From positions 18,538,001-18,602,000 of the forward strand of contig JAQFVV010000004.1 of assembly GCA_028023455.1 (NCBI GenBank): a DNA stretch of 64,000 bases, in the 5' to 3' direction. Below the pieces are notes generated by a model. That model was not told the DNA's origin. It worked only from the letters and a program-made list of their open reading frames with translations, and made no database searches. Positions 26,501 through 40,013 of the stretch are shown one piece after another. The DNA is from Epiperipatus broadwayi (lineage: Eukaryota; Animalia; Onychophora). Numbering within the stretch: position 1 is the stretch's first letter; each line of letters opens with the position of its first letter. Made by a program: the position numbers and the translations under genes.

Positions 26501-27748
26501 TTTCTCATAATATGTTATACAAGCTTTAATTAAAAAAAATTTTTTTAATCAAAATAGATAGTGGAATTTTATAATTACCAATATACCTATTGTATCATAA
26601 AAATATGCTTGTTTTAATTTCAAAATCAGAATCAATAAAATATTAATTAGACCTTTTTAAATGTTTAATTTATAATAATTTTTTTTATATGTAATTCTTA
26701 ATTGTTATTCCAGTGTAATGTGGAAAATATCTACAAAAAATTTCCACTTTCCTTTCAACTTTATATATATACATGCACACGCACTGCTATGTTGTAACCA
26801 TGAGAAACAATCGTCTCAATATATATATAGGCACACGTGCATGTCTGATAATACATAATATTATTTATCTATACAGACCAAAATTATTGTATTTTTACAA
26901 AATATTAATAGTTAAATGTTAAATGTACATATATTGCAAGCATGTATGTGCTTATTCTAATATAAAAATATTTCAATTTTTAATATTAAGGTTCCTTTTA
27001 AAATTATTTTTAACAATATCTTATATTGACTTGATTTAGCATCTGGAGTTTCATCTGTCATATAAAAAAAACACTCACACATATTTGGCAATATATTATG
27101 AAAAGTAAGAGATTAAAAATGATCTAATATTTAAATAATTAAAAGTAATAATATTCAAAAAAAAATGTAGGTAGAGTTTATACTTCCTGGAGATTTTTAA
27201 AGTTATTCTGGACTTTTTATTTATTTTGCTCGGCACTTTTTCTCATTAGTGAACTAATTGATTTAATTTATTTGAAAGTTATTTTCTTTTAAAACAAATT
27301 ATCACTATACATATTTGTTAAATAGTTTTTTACTTTTTGGACAGTAAAAAGAAATAGATTATCATTAACTGTAAAGTTAATATATATCTTATTCTTTAAC
27401 TAATTTCTTTCATCTGAGATTTATAGGTATAAAAAAATATCAATAGCAACATAAGAATTACTATATAATCAGCTGTTGTCTGTGCTTCTATATTTCTAAA
27501 TCATATGTCACTAGAATCTCAATATTAGGCTGGTTTCTCATAGATTGTCTGAATGATATTTTTGGTTAAGAGATAGACACGCAGTAATAGCTATCCTCAA
27601 TTTAATATAGCTTTCATAATCTTCAAAATTCAGATATAGTAAATTGGACTGAGACATCACAGAAAAGCCATCCTGTTATACCTCTCCAGAAACTCAAACT
27701 CAGCCATGGAAAACAGCAGTATCTGCCCTTTCCTTGAAGCCGCTTATC

Positions 27749-28051
27749 TATTATAACGGTCGGAGAGAACAGAGTCTTACCGTATCTGCGCTACAGGGCG
27801 CCACCAGGCTATTTGAACTTGGAAAATTTATATAGTAGGCAGATACGCGCTGTTAAGAAAATTTACTCAGGGTACTCATGGTTTATTAAACATCGGTCCA
27901 CGTTGGGAGTCAAATTATAACGTTGAGCGCTTAATTATAACGGTCTTGGATTTAATTATAGTCTTAGTCTTACCGTATCTGCTGTACAGGGCACCACTAG
28001 GCCATTTGAACCTGGAAAATTTATAGAGTAGGCAGATACGCGCTGTTAAGA
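27749..28051. repeat. Tandem pair (period about 193 bp) of an 86-bp hairpin mini-element
   Basis: agtcttaccgtatctgc...gcagatacgcgctgttaaga at 27773-27858 and 27966-28051; cgtatctgc/gcagatacg are inverted. Confidence 0.8.
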
Positions 28052-28829
28052 TCTAACTTTTACTTATGTATTTTTTATTCCGATCATTAGCCCATGCCAC
28101 TAGCTCAGTGAGACGCAGAGATTTATGAAATATAAATTCTTATTAAAATATATTTTCAATATTAAAAAAAAAAATAAGAGAAGCCACTGCCAGTAATAAC
28201 ACACACAAACATTTATTAAACATATATAAATTTAAAATTATTTTAGTATGTTTACTTTAATTTTTTTTTTTATAAAACATTAAAAGTTTACCTTAGATTT
28301 TAAGTCACAATTTAACTTTTTTATTTTATTTTAGAAGTTTGCACAGATGAATTTAATATTTTATAGTGTCGAGTATGGATAGACTACATAGATTTCATTT
28401 GAAAAGAAAATATTCTATCCCTGATTTAACCTTAGGCCAAAAGTTCGCAGTCAAACCAACGCCAATCTATCTGATACATCGATGTATTCAATGCAACATG
28501 AATACTACAGCACAATGCCATACTGTCATGAATGCACATCTGAACAGCATGGTTATAGAGAAGAAATTGTCTTTCGTCCAGTAGAGGAATGTTACGTCTG
28601 TCTGGCGAGAAGAACAATAAATAAAAAAACTCCATAGGAAGGGATTGCGGTCCTTTTTGCCATCTTACTATCCTATTCCATAGGCTAAAGGGGTGATCCA
28701 AGGAGCAGGGAATACGTCTGTTTCCTATGGTCAGTACGAAATGGGACTTATTTTGCCCAAGTGCGGCATATCATGTGATCCTGCACGTAGCGGACCTTCA
28801 TATTACATTTACTAATTACACCAATATAT

Positions 28830-29879
28830 CCAACCGATTAACCCAATTTAACTACGAAACAAATAACCCAAGATTAACCCTCCCTTAATTAAACTAATAT
28901 AACTTTACAATTCTGTGCAGCCATACACACTCGACTTAAATTTAACATTTATTAAAAGTTGTTTAAAAAAAAAAAATCATAATAAAAACTTTAACAGAAC
29001 AAAAAAAAAAACTTAATGGAAATGATTAAAAAAAAAAATACGTCAAATAAAATTAATTATTAATAATAATTTACGTTGGTCAGATAGGATTCTATTTCTA
29101 TTAAATACTGAAAAGGTTTTGGAATTAAAGTTCTTACTGTTTTGAAAATGTTCATAAAGTTCTTACGGTTTTAAAAAGTCCATCCTTAACAGTTGCTTGC
29201 CATTTGGGATCCAGTGTTAATTCCCCCGATGTCTTGTGGTCTGCAATATAGGAAAACGATTGGTCATTTCTCTTCTCTTTTTTTTTTAAGAAAAACTGAA
29301 GGGATTGAAGAGTGCGTCTTTTCAATCCCTTCTCCTTCAACTCTCTCTGTACTAACACATATAGCACACTCTATCACATCTCTTATCTTTTTTTTCTTTT
29401 TTTTTCCAAACTTTTCCTTTTATATTAGACTTTTGGATCGAGTGGACATTACGTCATGACAATGATGGTCTTTTCGTAGAGGTCAGTTTCCCGAGGGATT
29501 TCTTTTATTGGCCATTCTGTTCCCATTGTTTTTTCTCTCCTATCTGACCTTTGATTATACATTTTGAAATGCCCAAAGGCTAGTTCACTTGGACTAATTA
29601 AAATAATCATTTCCATTTTACACAATAGAATTAATTAGATTATTGTACATTCTTTTTATCTTTAAATCTTTTAAGTTCTTTTTTTTCTGAAAATTTAGTT
29701 TTAAGATACTTTTTTTTATAATAAAGTTTTCTTTTAATAATTTTTCATCTGTGCAATTTTATATATATAAAGTTTAAATGACTTTTAATTTTTAATTCTT
29801 AAAAGAAAGAAATTTTTATCTGCGAACTTTTATTTTTAATTTTATTTATTAGAATGTAACGGCATGTGTACCCGTTACA
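28830..29879 (-). mobile_element. Possible solo-LTR-like sequence
   Basis: The minus strand starts TGTAACGG (part of the palindrome tgtaacgg-N9-ccgttaca) and has a TATAAAAGG-like box near 29420. No matching left end or TSD found. Confidence 0.3.
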
Positions 29880-31479
29880 CTATAATATCCTATTTGATTA
29901 AACAGAACCCACTATTTTTGCTAGAATTTCTAAAAAGAAGTTTATAAATATCTGCATTCATTTCTCCTTTTTTTTTCATCTTCAAGCATATATACACACA
30001 CATTATATTAAGGTTATAACTTCAGTTATATTGTTTCCCATGAGATTAATCTAGCTCAGTAAGTTTATTAATTACTGATATCATTTACTTATAACAGTAG
30101 TTAAAGCCATTATTTTATGCTATTTATAGATAATAACACTTGATATATTATGTAACGTAAGAGTTTTAAAATGACAATATTTAAATAGGTGAAAATAAAG
30201 GCTTATCTGAAAAACAGTATTATTTGTCTTAGTTTTATTTGTGAATAGTAAGCAAAGAAATAAAGTATACTATTTGCCTAGGATTGGAAAAAAAGTAAAT
30301 AATTATAATATTCTAAAAGTATTGCATTAGGTGGAGTAGAAAAGAAAATCTTATAGTGTTCACTCTGAGTTTGAGGAAAAGAAAATCATTTGATTATATT
30401 TACAACAGGAAAAATTATGAAATCCAGTGAAAATAACAATAATAATAGAATATTGTTCAATTAAAGATTAATTCTGTTACGCCGTAAGGACAAATAAATT
30501 CATCGTATGAGAAATAGAAATGGTTAATATGGACTCCTTATTCTTCCAAACACCCCATCAATGTATAAAACTATAATATAGATATAGCTTTTTAATTGCA
30601 ATATATCTGATGTACATTATCAGAAGATCTAATGACTAATGATTTCAAAAGGGCCATTTGTGAAACCAATTGATAAACCTGTAATACATCAGCAAAATCC
30701 TGTCATTAACAAACTTTTTATGGAATCAAAAGAATATGCATACTACTACTCAAAGTATTGCATTGTAACTAAGATGTTCGTGTATTGTAATATTTTTGGT
30801 GTTATTCTTTTACCGTCAAACTTGTCTACATTCCCTCAACTTTTAACATTATTATATTTCCTTACCTACAAATGTTGAGTGCATAAATAAGTAAAAAATC
30901 ACAACTGCTAGCAGAAATTCTCATTTTGTATTTGGACTTTATTGAGAATGTTATATCATTTGATAATAGAGTAACTCTGTAATCATTACTTGTAGAAAGT
31001 GTCTGGAAATATAACACCTGTATTGCAGAAAATTTTAACATTCTGAAAATTTTATATTTTGGAATGAATCTGTGGAATGCCTTAACTTGCCTTATCTATG
31101 ACCTAGAGTTCAAATTCAGTGTGGAGCTAGAAGATATTTTTAGATTGGTAAAGACTTTTCAAACAATTTGAAATTTTTTTCAATTTAGCTGCCCTATAAT
31201 GAATTCAATTAATTATTCAGGATTGTAAGAAAATAAAGTATATTAGAATCAGTCAAGTGAGTATTAATTCACTGACCTTAAAAAAAAGTAAATAGATAAT
31301 GCAAATTTCACTTCTTTTGAAAGGGACATCATTTATTTGTTGTGCTGACTCTGAAAGTTTATCACTGTTTTTGTATTTTTATATTTATAATTATTATTAT
31401 ACTTAAACTTTAGATTATTAATGTCTTATAGATAATTGTAAGTGAATATTGTAAAAAAATTTAAATTGTTTTAATTTAG

Positions 31480-31570
31480 ACCAAAAAATGTAACCAAACT
31501 GCTATTGAACTAACGCAGACTTTGGCAGTGGTATTTAATCCTCTTCTGGAGTCAAATCAGGAAAAGCAAG
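31480..31570 (+). CDS. PIGT: PIGT exon: TKKCNQTAIELTQTLAVVFNPLLESNQEKQ
   Basis: tttag acceptor, gtataa donor; 91 nt. Aligns with C..ISWELRQTLSVVFD of PIGT; frame continuous. Confidence 0.88.
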
Positions 31571-31692
31571 GTATAATCTATTTAAAATTGTATAAACTAT
31601 AAGTAAATATAGAACTGTTCTTATAAATAACATTTGTAATTTATTTAATTCACAGACTAAATAATATTTTTTATTTAAAAAATGTTATTCAG

Positions 31693-31787
31693 ACTGGACA
31701 CTAAGAAAATTATTTGGAACTGGTTTAGCAAGAAGTTGTCCTCTAGCTACTTCCAGTTTTGTATATATTGACATCACTACTAATAAA
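31693..31787 (+). CDS. PIGT: PIGT exon: DWTLRKLFGTGLARSCPLATSSFVYIDITTNK
   Basis: ttcag acceptor, gtaagt donor; 95 nt after a 122-nt intron. Matches DWSLFRMF...CPLA.ESRVYVDIT. Confidence 0.93.
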
Positions 31788-32011
31788 GTAAGTAACCATA
31801 AATATATATTTTTAATGAATGATGCTTAAATAAATTGATTATTGACAAAATCTCCAATCTCTTATGATCAAAGGCTATTGGGTAACAAAATTGAGGTAGT
31901 AAACCTAATGATAATGCAGGCCCAGGCTGAACAATTTTAATACCTGAGACAAGCCTTAAAAATTATCTTTTCAAATTATTGAAAAAGCTATTAGTACTTA
32001 TTTAGGAAAGC

Positions 32012-32426
32012 CTCAGGGTGCAAAGGTAGCACATTAGCTTGGCACGCTTATAATCTGGTATTCGAATCCGGGGTAAATGAAATTTTTTTCAAACAGATAT
32101 AGGATTTTTTCTCTTAGTTAATTGATCCATAATTCACTCAGCTAACGACCCACATAAGTAGGTAAATAGATATTTAGAAAATTAGTATGGAAAATCACTC
32201 AAACGTCACTGGCTGTCAGTTGACAGGCCTGATGAATATTATCTTCTCAATTGTTGTTCCTCTATAAGATGTTGAAGAAGCCTTTGTCCAGCAAGTGACT
32301 AAGATTTTTCTCTCAAGTAATTAATTTATAACCAACCTAGCTGGTCAGTAAATAAGTATCTAGCTATTCTAAGATGAAAAAATACTCAAATCCTCATCAC
32401 CTGAAAATTCGCAATCCTACCTTTCT
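32012..32426 (+). mobile_element. tRNA-related SINE
   Basis: Head with A-box-like ggtgcaaaggtagc and B-box-like ggtattcgaatcc; a second dispersed copy at 22450-22840. Confidence 0.7.
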
Positions 32427-34533
32427 GTCGCTGTTTCTCTATGAAAGGCTTTTTGAAAGTCTTTTCCCTGTATTGAGTTATTCATTAAAAAAGATTATTT
32501 TATATACTTATTTAAAATGATCTACTGAATAATTTTATTAATAAATTCCCTTGTAAAATTTAAATTATTATTTTTAACTTATAAATTATATGATATAATT
32601 TTCATGATTCTAAAATATATATTCTCTTTTCATATGTGGATTCCTGTGACTATTCATGCTATTTTTAAAACAGCAAAATGTATATTTATAATCTTGCTTT
32701 TCATATATTAAATTCTTTAAATATAATTACATTATTATATGCTTTTAACGTACATGATCGTAAACCATTAAAATCATATAAAATTTATAGATTCTAACTA
32801 TTCAGAAGTAGAATATTATAAAATAATATTTATTTAAACAAGATTGTGTGTGCTATTGTTTCAAAATTGATGATATGATAATAAGACTCCAGCGAAAAAA
32901 TAATGATACTAGACCATAACTTTGGTTTAAAAAATAACTATTTATGATATTTTATCAATTTTTACTTTAACTATTAATTTTATTCAATACAAATAATTAT
33001 AAATTTTAATATAAAAATAAAATTAAAGAAATTAAAATTAATAATTCTTATCTTACAAATACATTCATTAAATATCGTGTTAAAAAAAAAAAAGTTTTAA
33101 ATCGTTACTATTTTTTTAAATACAATTCCTTAATATATTATCAAATACATTTACATTCTACTTTACATCAATACTTAAGATATCATTATTTTAATTCTTA
33201 TTGTATATTCATCTTTCTTAAATATTGTCTTATATATAATATACATTAATTCACTCAAATTATATTTATTATTTAAATGAATTATATCAAATATAAACAG
33301 TTCTACTCCACGTATTTACCAATATCATCAAACATTTTGTGCTCAAATAATTTTTTTTATGTTTTTTTTATTTGATCTCATTTCGTGGTATTATTTAAAA
33401 TGCATAACCACTACAGTATTGGCTGTTTGCTTTGTACATGAATATTATGATCTTATATAATTCTATTTTTTTCCATTTTTGAAGGCACTATAGATTCATG
33501 AATAATCAAGATAAACTATGGCAATAAGTAAAGAATTATACAGTTCAGCTATTATATACAGATTTTTTTAAATGAGTGCTGAAGTTAATTTCAAAGTTTT
33601 ATTATTACAAAAAAGCAAACTAAATTCAATAATAGTTGTAGAATAATCAAGAATTCTTCTCCTTATGCACTAATGTCAACCACATCAGAAATGATGGTCT
33701 TGGCGACCTTAAGTGTATGATGCTTTTTTCACTAACTGTTCTCAGTTTTATTTACCCCATGCAAGAAGTTTAAGTGAATGCAAATTAGCTTCCTACTGTT
33801 TATTAATATTTATCTATATTCTATGCTGTTTCTTCTTTTATTTATGTCTTTTGTAGTACCAAAAATTAATTTTTTTATTTTGTGATCATATATTTGTTTG
33901 ATATTTATAGCCAAAATTTTTATCTTTTCCATATCTTTCTTAAATAAAATTTGTATTCATAACTTTGCTGATGCATGCTCTTTCAAATGTCATGATTCTT
34001 CTCATGAATGTTTTGTCATCATTTGCATTTTATATTTATATATTGTCTTCACTTGTGTTTTATAACTACATAATATACTAGTAAATGCATGTTTCTAGTA
34101 TATTTAATTTAGTTAGAAGTAATATCTTTGTTTCCTAAATCTTGTCAATAGGGTCCAGGCAAATTCTTGCTTTGGCTATTGTTAATATTATTATTTATTT
34201 ATTGCGGCAGTCAAGATCACTAGTGTGTTTAAGATATTGTTTAATTCATTTTCATCAATTTTGATTTTTTTTTTTAATTTTCTATTTTTGTTACCATGTA
34301 CTTTTTGTTTCCTCATTTAGTATTTCTGTTGTGGATTTCAATCTTTTATCATCTTCAGTTATTATTTTCATATCTGAAATTATTTATTCTCATTCCATGT
34401 ATTACCATTCATTTCCCACTTTTTTTTAATCTTATTCATTACTTTTTCCAGACATATGATGAGTATTCTTTGGTAAGATTAGATATTTTGTTTTGTTTCT
34501 TTCTCAATTTCGAATGAGCTTCCAATATAAATT

Positions 34534-35085
34534 ATCTATAATATTAATAAGCCAATAAGCTGATACACATGCGCTTTGCAGATGTCACTATATAAATGAA
34601 TACTCCCACTTTTTCAAACCCAAGATAAAGTCTTTAAGAAAATATAGAATGAATCCACCTATATTTTCGACCCGACTATATATGTATGGGCAAATCTGAA
34701 GTGTTTGAAATGAAGAGCGTAAAGTTATTAATTGATCACTTTAAATTACTTTCTTACATCGTAAATGAATGACGCCAATGAAATTTCTAGAATTTACGAT
34801 ACGTCATTCTTATAATTAAACATATGTAAACAAGACATTTATTTTTTTATATAGCGCGATGTTTTTTTTTATAATCTATAATATTAATAAGCCAATAAGC
34901 TGATACACATGCGCTTTGCAGATGTCACTATATAAATGAATACTCCCTCTTGGGTTTAAAAAAGTGGGAGTATTCATTTATATAGTGACATCTGCAAAGC
35001 GCATGTGTATCAGCTTATTGACTTATTAATATTATAGATTATAAAAAAAACATTGCGCTATATAAAAAAATAAATGCCTTGTTTA
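34534..35085. repeat. 340-bp-period direct repeat followed by a fold-back (arms 34827-34947 / 34965-35085)
   Basis: atctataatattaataagccaataagctg at 34534 and 34874; reverse complement from 34948 onward. Confidence 0.92.
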
Positions 35086-35304
35086 TAAATTATCATAAAT
35101 ATTTTTTGAAGGTTAATTAGTTCTATTATCCATTCTATGTGTTTCAAGTATTTCTCAACTTTTAGTCAGTGCTATCACAGGTCTTCTGAAAATCAGGAAA
35201 ACACAGGTAATTTTTTTTATTATCTGGTTTTCCCTGTAATAAGGTTCAGTAACAAAATTTGTTGAATGGTAAATCCTACAGTGAACACTTGAATATCTAT
35301 TGAA

Positions 35305-35580
35305 AGACAATCATAAACTGAGTCACAATATCTCTTTGTATGATAATCATAAACTGAGTAATAATATCTGTCTCTAGAGTAATTTTAGACTGAATGATAT
35401 CTGATGTGTAATAATCCTAGGCTGCATGATAATATCTGTTTATGACAATCCTAAACTGAGTGATAATTATTATTTGGCAATTCCTAGACTAAATGATATC
35501 TGTTGCATGGTAATCCTAAATAGAGTAATATCTGTTGCATGATAATTCTCATTGAACACTTGAATATCCGTTATACGGTA
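35305..35580. repeat. Degenerate minisatellite, about 30-35-bp unit (ataatcctaaactgagt..aatatctgtt..)
   Basis: About 8 imperfect recurrences of aatc(a/c)ta(a/g)actga and atatctg. Confidence 0.7.
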
Positions 35581-36627
35581 ATGTTATGTTGAAGATTTGA
35601 ATTTCTGTATATGCAAATTGTTTGAACAATTATAAACATTGAGTGCTACTCAAATGCTAAATATTTAGAAAAAGTGTATGAAAATAATCAGATCTGTGAA
35701 GAAATTGTCAAAAACAATTATTTTATTGCTCAGTTGTTAATATGATATAATTTGGAATATTTTTATTGTGTCTAGATATTTTGTAATATAAAACTCATAA
35801 AGTAAAGAAAAAATTATTAGTGTTGGGGTAAAATATTAATGCCATTATAAATTTAGTGCGTTGAAGCAATGCATTCATTTGAATCTGGTTTTAAATATTT
35901 TATTAATGTAATATTTTTTTACTTTTTGTAAAGTCACAATATTCCCAAATTCATTCACAACTATAAAAAATTTGAATTCACTCATCAAAAATTTCATTAT
36001 ACAGTTCAAAACTATTTGTTTTTCTACATCTTTTGTTATTTAAGATCCTTTAGAATATTAAAACATTTTATTTTAATTTGTTAGTAAATCTTACTAAGTG
36101 GAAATTAAAATGTGAAGAGATTATTATTTTCAATACAAGTTTTTTGATTACGATCTTCAATTGAGGTAAAAATCATGGTCTCAACTCCTGTAGCTGCATT
36201 TTACGCCTTCTCTCTTTCCATTCATTAACACTGGCACATGATATTACAATTATGTTTTGTTTTCTAATCATTCCATTACTCAGATGCCCATTTCAAATTA
36301 TCTTGTAATCTTAACTGGTCATTTAGATATCCAAACAATATTGTATAGCTGGCTTGTTTGACTTTAGCTGCATTTAAAATTTCAAAGCTCAACCCAGATT
36401 ATAGTTATTTACGCACCAACCATTACAATGCAAATCCCTTTCATTTTGTTTTGTATTCATTGAATAAATGTTTCATTGTAAAGTATATGTTTGAGTGATA
36501 AAGAATATAAATAATATTTGCTCAGTCTTATTGTATATTGATTCATTATTTTTTGCTCTCTAAATTAGAAATTAAAATCACTTGATTAGACTAAATATAT
36601 TTAGATTTACTTTTCTTTTCTTTTTAG

Positions 36628-36832
36628 TCTTTGGTGCCTTATAAATTAACTCCAGAACCAAATGAAATTTTAACCCGGTTCTATGGTACTTATTTGAGAG
36701 AATATGCTGTTTATAATCTCAAGACTTTAATGGCTAATAATGAAATGTTAAACATCATAGCCAAATATAAAAAAAATATGGATTTTGGTGTTATACATTC
36801 TCCGTGGTTTTGGAGCCATAGATACGTAACTG
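36628..36832 (+). CDS. PIGT: PIGT exon: SLVPYKLTPEPNEIL...YAVYNL...IHSPWFWSHRYVT
   Basis: Long polypyrimidine tract + AG; donor gtaact at 36833; 205 nt. YAVYNL and HRYVT(G) match PIGT YAIYDL and AQRYVSG. Confidence 0.88.
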
Positions 36833-37199
36833 GTAACTATTATTTGTCTAATACAAAATATTCTATTTTAAAAAATAAAAATAAAAGATAATTCAAAATT
36901 TTTAAAAACCATTATTTATCATAATCTGAAGTGCTTGTATATGTGTATGTATATAAAAAATACTTTCTAAATAATTTCCTCAGACTATGGGGTATATTAT
37001 GATAGTCCATATAGTCATTTTTTTTTTTTTACAAATCTTATTATTCTATGAATATATTTTTTATAATGAACACATACACAAACATATCTGATATATTTAC
37101 AATAATTTTTTTTTTTTTTTTAATTTTATCTTGGAAATAATTTCATTTATATATTGTATTGGACACCACATCTTTTTATCACCAATGGCGCCACCACAA

Positions 37200-38890
37200 A
37201 AGATTTGGATAAAGAATTTATGTCAGTATATTTGTACGAAAGATGGGATGATTGTGTTAAGAGTGTTATAGTAGTAAGGAATGGGATAAAAGAATAGATT
37301 TATTAATAAAGAATAGGGACTTAGAGAGATGTAGAAATAGTATGGAGAGTAAAAAGAGTTTAAATATATATATAGAAATAAACAGAATATTAGGTGTGAG
37401 TTAATATATGATAATAGTAAGGAAAGTAGTTTATTGTTTAAGGCTCTAACAAGATCTTTAGCTACAAGAGAATATACATGTAAATGGAAAAATATGGGTG
37501 ATTTATTTTGCAAATTATGTAAGGAAGGAATAGAAAATATTAGGCATTTGTTAATTGATTGTAAATGCTTGAAAATAAAGGGTACATATAATGAAGTTAT
37601 GGAAGAATAAATATGAAAAAAGTGATTATACAGAAAGTGAATTATTGGTTTTTATGCTTGGTTTGGGAAAAGATAAGGGGGATTTAGATATAAAGGCTAT
37701 AGAGTTGACAAAGATTATGTTGTGGAAATGGGATGGAGCAGAATATGGGAAAATTTAGTGGGGAATGGAAAATAAAGTGGCTAACAGGTTTATCTGGGCA
37801 TAATTGCTGAGATATTCTTGACTTCGTTTAAGGAGAAGCCAAAATACATCACATCACATCAAAAATATAGGTGATTTATTTTGTAAATTATGTAAGGAAG
37901 GAATAGAAAATATTAGGCATTTGTTAATTGAATGTAAATACTTGAAAAGAAAGGGTACATATAATGAAGTTATGGAAGAATAAATATGAAAAAAGTGATT
38001 AAACAGAAAGTGAATTATTGGTTTTTATGCTGGGTTTGGGAAAAGATAAGGGGAATTTAGATATAAAGGCTATAGAGTTGACAAAGATTATGTTGTGGAA
38101 ATGGGATGGATTAGAATATGGGGAAATTTAGTGTGGGGAATGGAAAATAAAGTGGCTAACAGGTTTATCTGGGCATAATTGCTGAGATATTCTTGACTTC
38201 AATTAAGGAGAAGCCACAGTACATCACATCACATCATGAAAGTAAGATTATTATTTAAAGGAAAGGGTAAGGATCATAGAAAGTTAAATAATTATAGATA
38301 GCGGTAACATCAGTTTCATATAAAGTTTTCTCATATATGGTGTCTAGAAGAGTTGTAAAGTGGATGGAAGGGAATAATGTAGTGGGGGAAATGCAAGGAG
38401 GTTTTAGATTAGATAGGTATATAGGAGATAGTTTATTTGTAGTTACACAACTTATGGATATGAGTAGGAATTCAGGTAAACAGTTATATATGAGTTTTAA
38501 AGATATAGAGAAAGTATATGAAATAGAAAAAGATTATGGATAAGTTTAGCAAATTTGGGAATGGATGAAGCTTTAGTGGATATTATTAAGAAATTATATG
38601 AAAACAATTATTATATATATCAATTAGGGAATATAGAATCAGTTAAAGTTAAAAATGAGGTGGGACTAAGGCAAGGATGCCCTAAACAATTATTATATAT
38701 ATCAATTAGGGAATATAGAATCAGTTAAAGTTAAAAATGGGGTGGGACTAAGGCAAGGATGCCCTATGTCACCTATTTTGTTTGTGTTGTATTTGAGTGA
38801 AATGGAAAGAGCAATAGAAAGATTAGGAAGAAGGATAGAGATACCATTAGGGAGTATATATTTTGTCAGGTCTTTTTTTTGTGGATGATA
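37200..38890 (+). mobile_element. Non-LTR retrotransposon fragments (clade unresolved): 3' end with CCHC knuckle and (CACAT)n tail, a tandem second 3' end, then an RT fragment
   Basis: CKLCKEGIENIRHLLIDC (C-x2-C-x8-H-x4-C) at about 37510 and 37883. RT peptides GEMQGGFRLDR..FKDIEKVY and GLRQGCPMSPILF at 38337-38790. Confidence 0.8.
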
Positions 38891-39523
38891 TATTTTTGTG
38901 TGCAGAAAGAAGTAACTGTATTAATATTTGTAAAAGCTAATATGCAATTCATCTATAACTTGTAATAACTTATGAATTGCGAAGGCTGTATATAAATTAT
39001 TTGATTTATAATTTAAAATGAGAAAATGTACTTTTTAGCCAATGATAATCTAAAAAAAAATACCTTGTTGATTTACTTGCGCGGAGGGACATGGCTGTCC
39101 TACGAATGGATTGTACATTTTGAATGTTTTCATAGGCAGAGAATCTGAAATTTTGCAAACAAAGGGAACATACAATATCAGGGTTCTGGTAAGATAAAAC
39201 ACAATTAATTATAAAATGAATAAGTTTTAGTTTGACTTTTATATGTATACCTTCGATCGATCTTTTTATATGTTTACAAAAATAAGGCTTACAAGTTATA
39301 AATGTAAGTGTTAATATTGTAACCTGCATGATTTAATAATGCATGTTAGCTTTTTATATATTTTAAATATCTATGCTTTTTATATGTCAATAATACGTGA
39401 TGCTTTTTATATAAACAGGCAAAAACTCTCCATATAGTAGTGCCACCTTGTGCTAACCAGAGTAATCAATGGATGCGAGAAGGCTTGTGCATAAAATCCC
39501 TATCTAGTGCCTACTCATCCAAT

Positions 39524-39567
39524 ATCTCCAGACTAGTTTCTGGCTTGTGGCCTTCATCAGTGAGGAT
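39524..39567 (-). ncRNA. Minimal type I hammerhead ribozyme, copy 1
   Basis: Minus strand: atcctca-CTGATGA-a-ggc-cacaa-gcc-a-GAAAC-TA-GTC-tggagat. Confidence 0.7.
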
Positions 39568-39969
39568 CTGAGAGCACTGCACCTAGATCTTAGGATCTAA
39601 TGCAACCCTCCAGCAGCCACCTTTTATCTCTGCTTCACTACAAAACTATGAGAATGAAATTGAAAACACAATAATATTTTCAATCTAAGCTCATAGATTA
39701 TATAGTCATATGGGTCTGAACTCAATTCAGCACCCATACAGTTTGGTGACTTTGGCTCTTTAACAACCACAGCCACCATTATCCTATTAGGCAGTATTGG
39801 CGTTAAACCACTAAACATCACATGTTCACCATTTCATGCTAGCACATAACTGTTAGTAAACAGGCAAAAACTCTCCATATAGTAGTGCCTACTCATCCAA
39901 TAGAGTAATCAAATGACTGCCAGAAGGCTTTGCAAAAACTCTCCATATAGTAGTGCCTACTCATCCAAT

Positions 39970-40013
39970 ATCCCCAGACTAGTTTCAGGCTTGTGGCCTT
40001 CATCAGTGAGGAG
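39970..40013 (-). ncRNA. Minimal type I hammerhead ribozyme, copy 2 (best pairing)
   Basis: Minus strand: ctcctca-CTGATGA-aggc-cacaa-gcct-GAAAC-TA-GTC-tggggat. 4-bp stem II, palindromic ACTAGT stem III, GUC cleavage triplet, 6-bp stem I. Confidence 0.8.

Noticed and set aside
32012-32070. tRNA gene
   Set aside because: Box-like motifs are present, but there is no complete cloverleaf and it continues into a dispersed 400-bp repeat, so it is a SINE head.
32229-32290. CTGATGA inside the SINE (and similar hits at 1154, 2066, 5275, 50070, 56296)
   Set aside because: No stem II followed by GAAA and no stem I, so these are not hammerheads.
35305-35580. Regularly spaced short repeats resembling a CRISPR array
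   Set aside because: The units are degenerate and contiguous without unique spacers, there are no cas genes, and the context is a eukaryotic intron.
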